Virus record (IMG/VR): IMGVR_UViG_3300045988_021759 | Location: 1-54,448 of that record | DNA length: 54,448 bases | From: a virus | Direction: 5' to 3' (one strand) | Shown: piece by piece, positions 43,285 to 51,690 of the stretch | Layout of the letters: each line of letters starts with the position of its first letter | How positions within the stretch are numbered: position 1 is the first letter of the stretch | Program-made: the position numbers and the translations under genes | The notes under the pieces: model-generated | Databases searched by the model: none | Told to the model about the DNA's origin: nothing | Seen by the model: the letters and a program-made list of their open reading frames with translations, nothing else

Positions 43285-44211
43285 TTATTCAATGCTGCCG
43301 AAGCGGAAGCCCCGCTCCTTGGCAGCCTGACGGAACCATTTGATATCTTCCGAGCTGAACTCAACCCAGAAATAATACTTCTTGCGGGCCGGGGTGCTGG
43401 GCTGTGCAGCGGCCATCGTCTGCATTGCCTCGACGTCCAAACGGCCATCCGGCGTGATGAATGCGGCGGCCTGCGTTGCTGCGGCAGCTTGCGCCCGCAT
43501 CTCGCGTTCTTCTGCGGTCGGGGGAACAATTACCGGAGCAGCCCTCCGCGCCCTCTCTGCCGCTTCTCTGGCAGCCTCCGCCTCCCTCTGTGCTGCGCGG
43601 GACTTCTCGCGGCGGGTATGCTCGCGGACAGCCTCGTTGACACTCAGGTTGTGCAGGTATTCGGTGGTGCAGGGTTCAGCGTCCTCTCCGCAGTTTTCGC
43701 GGATAAAGTCGAGGTCGCTGCGGATGCCCTCGATGGCTTTGCACAGCGCCTTTTTCGCTTCCGCAAGGTCAAAGGTCTTGTTCAGCCAGTGGGTGTCCAG
43801 CAGACGTTCAAAGGGAATCATCGGCTCCAGCTCGCCGATGCAGTCCCGATAGACCAGCTTCAGGGTGGACGCCTTTTCATCCTTTTCGGCCTGCTCGACG
43901 GCCTTGACCTGTTCATCAATCGCACCGGAGACCTTTTTGCACTGCTCCCGCATCACCTTGATGTCCGCCTGAAAGTCCTCCAGTGGCTTCAAGTAGATTT
44001 TCTTTGCAGCGGTGACAGCTGCACCCAGCTGCTTGTCCCAGTTGTTGATCTTGGCCCTGTCGTCTTTGGCTCTCTTGATGCTCTCCGGGGTGTAGACGAG
44101 GCCTGTGTAGGCTGCAAGCATCTCGTCGAGGTTCTGCTGCACCTCGTCTTTATTCCAGCTCATGGCCGGAATCACCGGGTTCTGCGCCCGGACAGTGAGT
44201 TCATTCGTCAT
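43285..44211 (-). CDS. DUF1351-like protein (commonly upstream of recT in Firmicutes phages)
   Basis: ATG at 44211 with AGGAGG SD. Coiled-coil. Assigned by synteny. Confidence 0.5.
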   Translation of the reverse strand: MTNELTVRAQNPVIPAMSWNKDEVQQNLDEMLAAYTGLVYTPESIKRAKDDRAKINNWDKQLGAAVTAAKKIYLKPLEDFQADIKVMREQCKKVSGAIDEQVKAVEQAEKDEKASTLKLVYRDCIGELEPMIPFERLLDTHWLNKTFDLAEAKKALCKAIEGIRSDLDFIRENCGEDAEPCTTEYLHNLSVNEAVREHTRREKSRAAQREAEAAREAAERARRAAPVIVPPTAEEREMRAQAAAATQAAAFITPDGRLDVEAMQTMAAAQPSTPARKKYYFWVEFSSEDIKWFRQAAKERGFRFGSIE

Positions 44212-44323
44212 TGTCGTTCTCGTCCTCCTGCTCCGCGTCACGCGGCAGAAAATAATAGTCGTCGGGCGGCTCCAGCGGCGGGCCGTAACCGTCAAGTGCG
44301 AGATCATACATCGGGTTCACCGG

Positions 44324-44620
44324 TCAGCCCGCCTTTCGGTTGTTGCTGTTCTGGGCACTCCGCGCCTCGGTGCGCTCAACGCGCCCATAAGGGCTGCTCC
44401 GCTTATACTGCTGGTTTTCCTCGTACATACCGTACAGGGACATTGCTAGCCCGCTTGCCAGTGCGAACAGAATCCACGGTGCCGACTTTGCAGCCGCTTC
44501 CGGTTCCCAGCTTCCACACACGACCAGCGCGTGAGCCATGAGCCGATTTGCCCAGCAAACCACCTGCGCAGCGCCAACCATTGCCAGACCGGCGACGGCC
44601 ATCTTCCCAATCATTCGCAT
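44324..44620 (-). CDS. Small two-TM membrane protein
   Basis: AGGAGG SD. MAVAGLAMVGAAQVV and WILFALASGLAMSLY hydrophobic segments. Confidence 0.6.
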   Translation of the reverse strand: MRMIGKMAVAGLAMVGAAQVVCWANRLMAHALVVCGSWEPEAAAKSAPWILFALASGLAMSLYGMYEENQQYKRSSPYGRVERTEARSAQNSNNRKAG

Positions 44621-44637
44621 TTTGCTTTCCTCCTGCT

Positions 44638-44898
44638 TTATTTCTTCGGCGCTTTCTTGCGCTGCTTCTTCGCTGCGCTGACCGGGGCCAGCGGCTTCAT
44701 CAGCTTCGGCGGCTTCGGGTCGTTGCGATGGAGCTTGTAATTCTCCACGTCCTCTGCCTTAAAAAAGAACTTGCTCCTGCTGCCTTTCTCTCCGTGCGAG
44801 TATGCAACGAGCTTTCCTTCCAGTCTCATCTGGAGGACACGCTGACGGCAAACACCAAGGGCCTCTGCGGTTTCCTGCGTGGTGTAGTATTCAGGCAC
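44638..44898 (-). CDS. HTH (excisionase/MerR-type) DNA-binding protein
   Basis: YTTQETAEALGVCRQRVLQMRLEGKL motif. GTG start with AGGAGG SD. Immediately downstream of a hammerhead candidate. Confidence 0.6.
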   Translation of the reverse strand: MPEYYTTQETAEALGVCRQRVLQMRLEGKLVAYSHGEKGSRSKFFFKAEDVENYKLHRNDPKPPKLMKPLAPVSAAKKQRKKAPKK

Positions 44899-44920
44899 GT
44901 TCTATGCCTCCTTTCTGCGG

Positions 44921-44986
44921 TTGGCTCCCGCGACACCCTTTCGGGTGTTTCGGCTGCTGCCGTGCAGCCATCATCAGGCGGGTTCA
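44921..44986 (-). ncRNA. Type I hammerhead ribozyme candidate (copy 2)
   Basis: Minus strand: CCCGC-CUGAUGA-U-GGCUGC(ACGGCA)GCAGCC-GAA-ACACCC(GAAA)GGGUGU-C|GCGGG. Predicted cleavage after C17 (complement of 44932). Confidence 0.75.
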
Positions 44987-45160
44987 GTCTTTGATTTCAT
45001 GCACATCGGTGATTTCGTTGATGTCCAAGCCGTGACCTGTTTCGTCAATCAACCGCTGAACAACTACGTTGCGAGCATCTATCGGGTCAGTGGCGTTGAC
45101 TTGGTACGAATCCCAGAACCGGTCAGCCGTGTTGAAAATCGAAACTTCATAACATTTCAT
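44984..45160 (-). CDS. Small hypothetical protein (58 aa)
   Basis: ATG at 45160 preceded by GGAGGA. MKCYEVSIFNTADRFWDS... Confidence 0.5.
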   Translation of the reverse strand: MKCYEVSIFNTADRFWDSYQVNATDPIDARNVVVQRLIDETGHGLDINEITDVHEIKD

Positions 45161-45163
45161 CGT

Positions 45164-45325
45164 TCAGTCCTCCACATTGATCATCGAGGTCAGGTTGTAC
45201 AGCGTTTCGTGGTCGTCCCACGAGATTTTCTCTTCCTCGAACGCCCGGTCGATCTGCGCCCAGCAGTCGTCCCTGTCGTTCTCCGTCTTGATAGCAGCGA
45301 TGGCTTTGACCAGCTTCTTGAACAT
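45164..45325 (-). CDS. Small hypothetical protein (53 aa), first gene of early operon 2
   Basis: ATG at 45325 preceded by AAAGGAAAA. MFKKLVKAIAAIKTENDRDDCW... Confidence 0.5.
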   Translation of the reverse strand: MFKKLVKAIAAIKTENDRDDCWAQIDRAFEEEKISWDDHETLYNLTSMINVED

Positions 45326-45362
45326 ATTGCATTTTCCTTTCTGTTTTGGCGTGGCTGGTTTT

Positions 45363-45417
45363 CGCTAGTTATTATACTAGCTTTGAGCTAGTTTGTAAAT
45401 AGCTTTTCGCTAATTTT
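45363..45417 (-). promoter_or_regulatory. Promoter/operator cassette A (early promoter 2): -35 TTTACA (45394..45399), -10 TATAAT (45371..45376), GCTA/TAGC inverted repeats
   Basis: TTTACA-N17-TATAAT on the minus strand. About 50/55 identical to 52246..52300. GCTAG-N8-CTAGC overlaps the -10. Confidence 0.65.
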
Positions 45418-45583
45418 TGAAAATATTTTAGCCAGCAGCTAATTGTCAACTGATAAAAAATAGGCGCTCCGCCCATTTGCCATATCAAAACAGTGTCATT
45501 TGCCCAGCATCCTCCGGGGTATCGGCTGGAGGCTTTGCAGCTCTGGGCTTGTAGGTGCGGGTCTGGGTCAAAACGTCGATCTC

Positions 45584-45718
45584 TCAGAACTCGAAGCCTT
45601 TGCAGTGGTTCAGCCGCCGCAGGGTAGGGCCATCCAGCATCTTGTCCTTATAGCTGCAATAGGCCAGCTCGTCATCGTTCAGACAGGCGTTGCAACAGTA
45701 CCGGCAGTATTGCTTCAT
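45584..45718 (-). CDS. Small Cys-rich (zinc-binding?) protein, 44 aa
   Basis: MKQYCRYCCNACLNDDELAYCSYK...HCKGFEF. ATGA overlap with the upstream gene. Confidence 0.45.
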   Translation of the reverse strand: MKQYCRYCCNACLNDDELAYCSYKDKMLDGPTLRRLNHCKGFEF

Positions 45719-46245
45719 CGCGGTTCCTCCCAGAATCCAAAGGTAGCCGGAAGCTCCATCCAGTGCGTGACGCGGCTGCCAGTCCTTCCGTCGGTGTCTT
45801 CCGGGTCAAGCAGGGCGTTCATTGTCGTCCCGCCGCCATCCCAGCCAACGGAGAAAATTTTCTGCTCTGTATCGTACATAGCAGGTGAAACATACTCCCC
45901 GTAGCTTTCATCTGGATAAAATGGGGAGCACTCCAAATCCCAAGTTATGACATTCACAAGGCATGGCACGAATATTTCATCTTCCTTGTCAGATTCGGGA
46001 AGGCGCGTCTTGATGCTGACCCACTGTCCAGCAAACTGCCCCTCTTCGTCACCGGCTAAAAGGCCAACAGGGACTTTCAGCCCAGTTGCGAACTTAGCCA
46101 GCATCTTGGCCGTCGGGTTGACCCCGCCGTTTTCATATAGGCTCACCGTCTGCTTGGTCACGCCCATTCTTTGGGCGAGCTGTATCTGCGTAAGGTGAGC
46201 TTCTTTCCGCGCTGCACGAATTTTCTCTCCGATAGGCTCAGACAT
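45715..46245 (-). CDS. XRE-family HTH protein with DUF551-like C-terminal domain
   Basis: IRAARKEAHLTQIQLAQRMGVTKQTVSLYENG HTH. C-terminal ...VTHWMELP. Confidence 0.75.
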   Translation of the reverse strand: MSEPIGEKIRAARKEAHLTQIQLAQRMGVTKQTVSLYENGGVNPTAKMLAKFATGLKVPVGLLAGDEEGQFAGQWVSIKTRLPESDKEDEIFVPCLVNVITWDLECSPFYPDESYGEYVSPAMYDTEQKIFSVGWDGGGTTMNALLDPEDTDGRTGSRVTHWMELPATFGFWEEPR

Positions 46246-46732
46246 CTTTCAGTTCCTCCACATAGCACCAGCTTTGAGGCGGGCGAGTAACCTCCACAGA
46301 CCGCATACCGAACCGTGTGCTCTGCAATCCTGTAAATTCTTCCAATTTGCGCGGAATGCCATAAATCTTCAAGTCGGAGATATGCCACGCCCATCCGCGG
46401 CACTTGCTCAGGTAGCGGACAATGCGGTCTCGGTCCATGCAAGCCATTTCTTCGACATCATCCGGGGCGCGGCATATCGGTGCAAGCTCCCAAATCTTGT
46501 CGCAGACGAACTCGCCAATGACCGTACCATCCAACCGCTGCCAGCCTTTGCCGGGGACAATTCGCAGCCAGCCCATCTTCGACCGCTCTTTCGTACAGTA
46601 GATGTAGCACTTAAATGGAGTCTTTACGCCCTCCGGCTTCGTCTTGCGCACCTCCACGGTCTTTTCTTTCAGGACGATCTTGCTGCACCATACCGGCTGG
46701 ATGCTCAACAGAACTGCTTTATTGTTGGGCAT
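46238..46732 (-). CDS. ASCH-domain protein
   Basis: AVLLSIQPVWCSKIVLKEKTVEVRKT N-terminal ASCH-like pattern. AAGGAGG SD. Confidence 0.55.
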   Translation of the reverse strand: MPNNKAVLLSIQPVWCSKIVLKEKTVEVRKTKPEGVKTPFKCYIYCTKERSKMGWLRIVPGKGWQRLDGTVIGEFVCDKIWELAPICRAPDDVEEMACMDRDRIVRYLSKCRGWAWHISDLKIYGIPRKLEEFTGLQSTRFGMRSVEVTRPPQSWCYVEELKDV

Positions 46733-47003
46733 TTTCTTCGCCTCCTTGATGTCGGTGGAGCCGCTCGTCTACCTCGCTGAGAGCCAGGATGTCCACGCTG
46801 TCAAGGCCACCATGCTGCACAAGAGCGTTCAGTAAGATTGAGGATTTCGCCATCTCCAGAGATGCAGATTTGCCCTCTTGCTCCTTTGTGGCTTTCCTGA
46901 TGATGTTGTTCAGGGTAACGATTTCCTCGCCGGTCAACTCGACGATGGCGGAACCGGGTTCATTCTTCGCATGGTCCCGATAAATTAACGAACGGATTCT
47001 CAT
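46719..47003 (-). CDS. Hypothetical protein
   Basis: 94-aa ORF with GGAGGG SD. Confidence 0.5.
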   Translation of the reverse strand: MRIRSLIYRDHAKNEPGSAIVELTGEEIVTLNNIIRKATKEQEGKSASLEMAKSSILLNALVQHGGLDSVDILALSEVDERLHRHQGGEENAQQ

Positions 47004-47020
47004 ATTTTCCAGCCCTCCCC

Positions 47021-47347
47021 TCAGTAATACTCGATTTCAACCAGAGATGTGGAAACCAACTCAAAGCGGCCATCTGACCGAGGGATACGGAGCAGCTGAT
47101 ATTCACGCTCAGCAGATAGCTTCGGGTCAGGCAGCAGCTCGCCGAAGTCCTCCACGGTGATGGTATACTTCGGATACCGCCGGGCTGCGTATGTTCCATC
47201 TTCAATGGCAGGAGAATAGACGGTGACGTGGTAACAGGGGTGGTCAGCAGTTCCAGCCTCAGCAGATGTAGAACCGCAGGCGGCAAACCAGAGCGTCAGG
47301 GTCAGCAGCAGAGCCGCGACAACAAAACAGGAAATTCGATTTTTCAT
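47021..47347 (-). CDS. Lipoprotein (signal peptide plus lipobox), superinfection-exclusion candidate
   Basis: MKNRISCFVVAALLLTLTLWFAAC|GSTS. ATGA overlap with the upstream gene. Confidence 0.65.
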   Translation of the reverse strand: MKNRISCFVVAALLLTLTLWFAACGSTSAEAGTADHPCYHVTVYSPAIEDGTYAARRYPKYTITVEDFGELLPDPKLSAEREYQLLRIPRSDGRFELVSTSLVEIEYY

Positions 47348-48015
47348 TCTTCCGCACGTCCTTTCAGGTATTCTTTGGCAGTTTCTTTGATGGCCGTATC
47401 CCGGAGGAACGTCCACGAATCATCGTCGTCAATGAGCTTCCGCATCTTGGCCGCAGCAGTTTGAACCAGTTTGCAAAGGGCTTTGCGCTCCATCCGGTAC
47501 TCCTGCCGGATTTCATCATCTGTGAGCTGGTCAATGTACGACTGAACATCCTCTATGTCGTTCTGTTTCTGGATGTCCCAGACGATTTCGCACCGGCGGC
47601 CATCAGCCTGAATGCCGTACAGCAGGAACGAAACTCCTTTGCTGTAACGATCATCGAACCAGTGCCAGACCTCCAGCCGGTTTGTGCCAGCCGGGAAATG
47701 TAGGAATGCAGCTTCTAGCTCTTCCGTTTCGGGGTTCATCGGAACATCGTCAAGCTGCTTCCACAGCGCTTCCAGAACAGCATCGCGCTTCTGCAAGGTT
47801 GCCATGCCCGCGCCGTTCACGGCCCGCTCGTTCCAGAGCTTCGCGGCCTGACCCTGCGCAATGAACTTCGTACTGTGCCACTGCTTGACCCATACAGCGC
47901 CGCCGGTAGCACCACAGCCGGAACAGGAAACGCGGTACCTGCCGCCAAAGTCCCGAATGTGCGCCGTGCCGCCGCAGAACGGGCAGGGCTTCAAATCAAA
48001 ATTCGCCATCTTCAT
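47344..48015 (-). CDS. Lar-like restriction-alleviation zinc-ribbon N-domain plus unknown C-domain (start 48015 or 48009)
   Basis: LKPCPFCGGTA...VSCSGCG...AAKLWNERA pattern. Confidence 0.55.
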   Translation of the reverse strand: MKMANFDLKPCPFCGGTAHIRDFGGRYRVSCSGCGATGGAVWVKQWHSTKFIAQGQAAKLWNERAVNGAGMATLQKRDAVLEALWKQLDDVPMNPETEELEAAFLHFPAGTNRLEVWHWFDDRYSKGVSFLLYGIQADGRRCEIVWDIQKQNDIEDVQSYIDQLTDDEIRQEYRMERKALCKLVQTAAAKMRKLIDDDDSWTFLRDTAIKETAKEYLKGRAEE

Positions 48016-48018
48016 TCC

Positions 48019-48540
48019 TCACTTTCTGGAAATCAGTTCCATGCACAGCTCTTTGTAGGTGTCACGCTGCACACAGACCTTGATAAATTCGGCGTCCTCG
48101 TGCGAGTGCCCCCCCTCAGAGGGCTTTGCAGGTGCCGCCGGGACAGCAGCGGGAGCGGGTGCAGCAGCCACGACCGGCACGGGCTGAGGCTTGGACAAGT
48201 AGTTGTCGAGGCCGAGGCTGGCCATTATGGCGACTTCCACCGCCTCCATTTCGCCCTGCGTCAGCTTGCCGTAATAATCGTTCAGGCGGGTCTTGTCCAC
48301 GGTGGTGATTTGCTCACAGATTGCGGTAGAGGGGCGCTGTGCGCTGTCAATAAAGACGTGCGTAATCAGCGGCCTCTTCTCTTTTGTGGTCAAGTAGACC
48401 ACCTCGACCGTGGCAGCGTTCTTGTTGTTCAGGTTGTTGCTGACGACGATACCGGGCCGCCCGCTGCGCTGCTCGCAGCCGACCTCGTTGCCCTCCGGCA
48501 GCACATAATAGATTTCACCGCGATAAACCATTCCGTTCAT
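48019..48540 (-). CDS. MazF/PemK-like toxin-fold protein with a roughly 60-aa C-terminal extension
   Basis: RGEIYYV....G.EQRSGRPGIVVSNN...VEVVYLTT....P.THV.I......SAICEQITTVDKTRL matches the PemK/MazF layout. Confidence 0.6.
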   Translation of the reverse strand: MNGMVYRGEIYYVLPEGNEVGCEQRSGRPGIVVSNNLNNKNAATVEVVYLTTKEKRPLITHVFIDSAQRPSTAICEQITTVDKTRLNDYYGKLTQGEMEAVEVAIMASLGLDNYLSKPQPVPVVAAAPAPAAVPAAPAKPSEGGHSHEDAEFIKVCVQRDTYKELCMELISRK

Positions 48541-48553
48541 GATAAAGCTCCTT

Positions 48554-48973
48554 TCAGTTTTCAGAAATCCAATTTTTCAGCCACTTCATGCTCATGTCGT
48601 GGTCGATAAAGGCCATCATCAAGCCGTGCTTGATGCCGCAGCCCATATAGGTATAAATCAGCTCCATATCCTCTTCCGAGAAGTCTGTGTCCAGAAAAGC
48701 ATTGACACCGGCCAGCATAAGCTCGTGGAACCTCCTGTTCCTCCACTCCTGCGAATACGGCTGCGTCTTGAACGCGGGCCGCGAAAGGTATTCCAGCATC
48801 TTTGCCTCGACCGCTTCAACGGTCTTACAGTCCCGCAGGATAAAATACTGGTTCGTGCGCGGGTGAGCAATAAACTCGTCCCGGTCATTGATAAAGCTGC
48901 CGGGGAAGCATTCAAGGAGTTTTGCGCGGGCTTCCTCCATGTCAGCTGCGCTCTGACGTTCTTTGTCATTCAT
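48554..48973 (-). CDS. Hypothetical protein
   Basis: 139-aa ORF with AAGGAGG SD. Confidence 0.55.
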   Translation of the reverse strand: MNDKERQSAADMEEARAKLLECFPGSFINDRDEFIAHPRTNQYFILRDCKTVEAVEAKMLEYLSRPAFKTQPYSQEWRNRRFHELMLAGVNAFLDTDFSEEDMELIYTYMGCGIKHGLMMAFIDHDMSMKWLKNWISEN

Positions 48974-48985
48974 GAGAGTGCCTCC

Positions 48986-49813
48986 TTATACAAGAATCGT
49001 GTCTTTCGTTACCTGCGCATTGTCGCTGATTTCTATGACGGAATCCTCGGTGACCTCAATTTTGGCGGTCATTTTTCCGCCGTCGAAAGGTCTGAATGCT
49101 GTGCGGTAATCGTCGAAAATGGCATACTTGCCATCAAAGAAGAATGTCCCGTAGTTCTTGGAGCGATATTCACAGTTCGTTTTGAGCGTGAGCAGCTTCG
49201 CTCGCTTTCCAACAAAATTCGGGGTCTTTTCGCCCTGCTTAGGGTCAGCTTCAACCACCGCCTCGTACAGTTCCGGGAACAGGGCGCGGAGCCTCAGAAG
49301 AAAGAATGGAACTTCATCGGCCTGATATTCTCCGACTTCGCCATATCCAAAAAGCGTATGGGGATGCGCATTGCAGATTGTCAAGATGTTTTCTGCCGTG
49401 AAATACTTCTCCGGGATATAGGTCATCTCTTTCATCCCGAAACTGAGGCCGTCGTCAATCAGCTTTCCGTTTTCGTTGAGCTTCAGGCTGACATACCGCA
49501 GCACAACAAGTGCGTCATTCCCGATTCTGACGAGTTTTTCATTAAAGGGAAAATTCAGGACAGAGTAATTCGGGTGTGCCTTTGCTGCATCCCGAATCTT
49601 GTTGTACATCTTGGAACGCTTCGTGCCTCCGTCAACCCGGCTCACGCTCCCGACCATGCAATGCCTCGAAAGAGGCACCGTCACAGCAAAGCAGGTTCCT
49701 TGTTTGTATGCAGAGCATTCATTCGCCCGGTCGCAGAAAATATACTCCGCCCGCAGACGGCAGTCCCTTGAACCGCTGCCGTAAAGGTTCACGTTGATGG
49801 CTTCTTCATTCAT
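48986..49813 (-). CDS. Hypothetical protein (Cys-rich N-terminus)
   Basis: ATG at 49813 overlaps the upstream stop (ATGAATGA). Confidence 0.55.
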   Translation of the reverse strand: MNEEAINVNLYGSGSRDCRLRAEYIFCDRANECSAYKQGTCFAVTVPLSRHCMVGSVSRVDGGTKRSKMYNKIRDAAKAHPNYSVLNFPFNEKLVRIGNDALVVLRYVSLKLNENGKLIDDGLSFGMKEMTYIPEKYFTAENILTICNAHPHTLFGYGEVGEYQADEVPFFLLRLRALFPELYEAVVEADPKQGEKTPNFVGKRAKLLTLKTNCEYRSKNYGTFFFDGKYAIFDDYRTAFRPFDGGKMTAKIEVTEDSVIEISDNAQVTKDTILV

Positions 49814-50732
49814 CGTTTTGTCCTCCCTGAAGCAACTTGATTTCTTCCAGCGCCGCGCGGGCCGCCCGCTTGCCATTCTCATTGAGGATGCGCTGCCATG
49901 CGCCCTGAGAGGGCGACCAGCGGAAAGCATGGCTCTTCAAGATGGCCCGGATATCCGGCTCAGGCTTGCCGTCAAAAATGAGCTGCACCCGCATCTGAGC
50001 GCTGTTTTCGTGGTAGGTAACGCCGGGCAGCTCCACGACCTCCACCGGTTGGGCGTTGGCCGTCGCGGCGGCCTCAACTTCCTTGATACGGTCTTCCAGC
50101 CGGTGAATGCGGGCCGTCGAATTGCTCAACTGCCACGGCAGGAACGGCGCACGGTCGCCCCACTGTTTCATCCGGGCCTCAATCATGGCCTGTTCGCAAG
50201 GGCCAACGCCCTCACAGCCCTCCACTGTGCCGAACTGGCGGAAATGCTTATTGACGACGATCATGTGTTCGTGCTTCTTCTTTTCGTCCTCCAGTTTCTT
50301 ATTCAGAGCTGCAAGCACTTCAGGGTCGCGGCTCGTGACCGGTGCGTTGAGTGCATAGCTGCGGATGCGCTCCAGCAGCTCAGCAGCCTTATTGTAGTTG
50401 GCGAGATTCGCCTCCCAAGCATCTGTCTGCCGTTCCTTCTTCTTCACAGGGAAATTGGCGCCGCCGACAATCAGGACGCTCGGACACCATGTCCCAACCT
50501 CGTTCTCCCGGTTGATTGCAAAGGCCAACGTCCGCTCGTACTTATCGAGCATCCCATCCACCCGGTTGCGCTGTGCAGTGGTCTTGCAGCGGGACTTTGC
50601 TTGCTCTGCAATCTCCCGCGCATTGGCGACCTGCTTCTGATAGTCCGCCGTGGCCTTGCCCGGAACGTAGTCCCGGAACGAGCGCATCTCGTGGGCCTTG
50701 CGGGCCATCTCTTCGTTGATTTCGTACCCCAT
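49806..50732 (-). CDS. DUF3560-like domain protein
   Basis: C-terminal FDGKPEPDIRAILKSHAFRWSPSQGAWQR pattern. Confidence 0.5.
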   Translation of the reverse strand: MGYEINEEMARKAHEMRSFRDYVPGKATADYQKQVANAREIAEQAKSRCKTTAQRNRVDGMLDKYERTLAFAINRENEVGTWCPSVLIVGGANFPVKKKERQTDAWEANLANYNKAAELLERIRSYALNAPVTSRDPEVLAALNKKLEDEKKKHEHMIVVNKHFRQFGTVEGCEGVGPCEQAMIEARMKQWGDRAPFLPWQLSNSTARIHRLEDRIKEVEAAATANAQPVEVVELPGVTYHENSAQMRVQLIFDGKPEPDIRAILKSHAFRWSPSQGAWQRILNENGKRAARAALEEIKLLQGGQNDE

Positions 50733-50735
50733 TGT

Positions 50736-51005
50736 TTAGGCTCCTTTCTGCATCTGGGGGAAGAAAAACTTCCCGACGTCCTTTTGCGAAATCTCCAGCA
50801 GCTCGCAGATGGCTTCAATCTCGCTGCTGCTCCATTCTGCATGGCCGCCCATCTTCCGGGAAAGCGTGGGCGGCTTCATGCCCAGTGCTTCGGCAACCTC
50901 TTGGTCGCGGTATCCGCGCTGGCGGAAAACGCCCCTCAGCGCAAAATACGGAATGTTGCGGTAGCTGCCCACCGGGGGCGTTGCCGGGGCTATGCGTTTT
51001 CTCAT
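50736..51005 (-). CDS. Small HTH DNA-binding protein (Cro/antirepressor-class candidate)
   Basis: YRDQEVAEALGMKPPTLSRKMGG HTH-like segment. AAGGAGG SD. Confidence 0.55.
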   Translation of the reverse strand: MRKRIAPATPPVGSYRNIPYFALRGVFRQRGYRDQEVAEALGMKPPTLSRKMGGHAEWSSSEIEAICELLEISQKDVGKFFFPQMQKGA

Positions 51006-51021
51006 GACCTGTGACCTCCTT

Positions 51022-51420
51022 TCAAACGTCGATGCTCACCGAATGATATGCGAACCAGTGGCCGCGACGGCGGAACAACTTAAACCAGTTCGTGAACTTC
51101 TGGCCGGAGCAGTCGTAGGGCGTCGGATAGAACTCTAAGTAGCGATTCGCCCGGAACCAGTCAGCGGCAATCTCTTTGTGAGCCTTGTCCAGCTCCTCCG
51201 GGAGCTGCACCAGCTCGATATAGCCGTTAGAGCCGCGCTCCTCAATGATGTGGCTATCCGATGCCGGACGGCGGTTGAACTCCCGAATCTCCATCTTGAC
51301 GGTTGCGGCCAAGTTTTTCACGGCGGCTTTCTTTTCGGAAGAGGCAGGAACATCACTCTGCATAAACATCAGGAGCGCATAAGCGTCCCGCAGCCTCTCG
51401 TTGTCGGTAATGTTGAACAC
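51022..51420 (-). CDS. Hypothetical protein
   Basis: GTG start with AAGGAGGTG SD. Confidence 0.5.
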   Translation of the reverse strand: MFNITDNERLRDAYALLMFMQSDVPASSEKKAAVKNLAATVKMEIREFNRRPASDSHIIEERGSNGYIELVQLPEELDKAHKEIAADWFRANRYLEFYPTPYDCSGQKFTNWFKLFRRRGHWFAYHSVSIDV

Positions 51421-51423
51421 TGT

Positions 51424-51663
51424 TCACACCTCCTTGATTTCTTCCCAGTCCGTGACCAGCCGGACACGGATGCGGCTTTCAATGACTTTCTGCTGCGGGT
51501 CGTCCGGGTAGCGGCCCGCAAGGGTCTGGATTGCGTTCTGCGCTTCCTCCAGCGTCCCGGCGTACCGCTTGGCGGCGGGCGACGTGTGCCAGATGGCATT
51601 CGCCCAGCGCGTCGGAGCGAATGCGAACTTGACCTGCGCAAGATACTCTTCGTGCATGGACAT
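51424..51663 (-). CDS. Hypothetical protein (immediately downstream of a hammerhead candidate)
   Basis: ATG with GGGAGG SD. Confidence 0.55.
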   Translation of the reverse strand: MSMHEEYLAQVKFAFAPTRWANAIWHTSPAAKRYAGTLEEAQNAIQTLAGRYPDDPQQKVIESRIRVRLVTDWEEIKEV

Positions 51664-51690
51664 CTAAAATCCTCCCAAAATCTAAATTGT

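Noticed and set aside
44921-45391. ORF-track ORFs 44921..45391 (+) and 45147..45332 (-)
   Set aside because: They are replaced by two SD-preceded small minus-strand ORFs in other frames (44984..45160 and 45164..45325) plus the hammerhead candidate. The listed ORFs lack an SD and have implausible composition.
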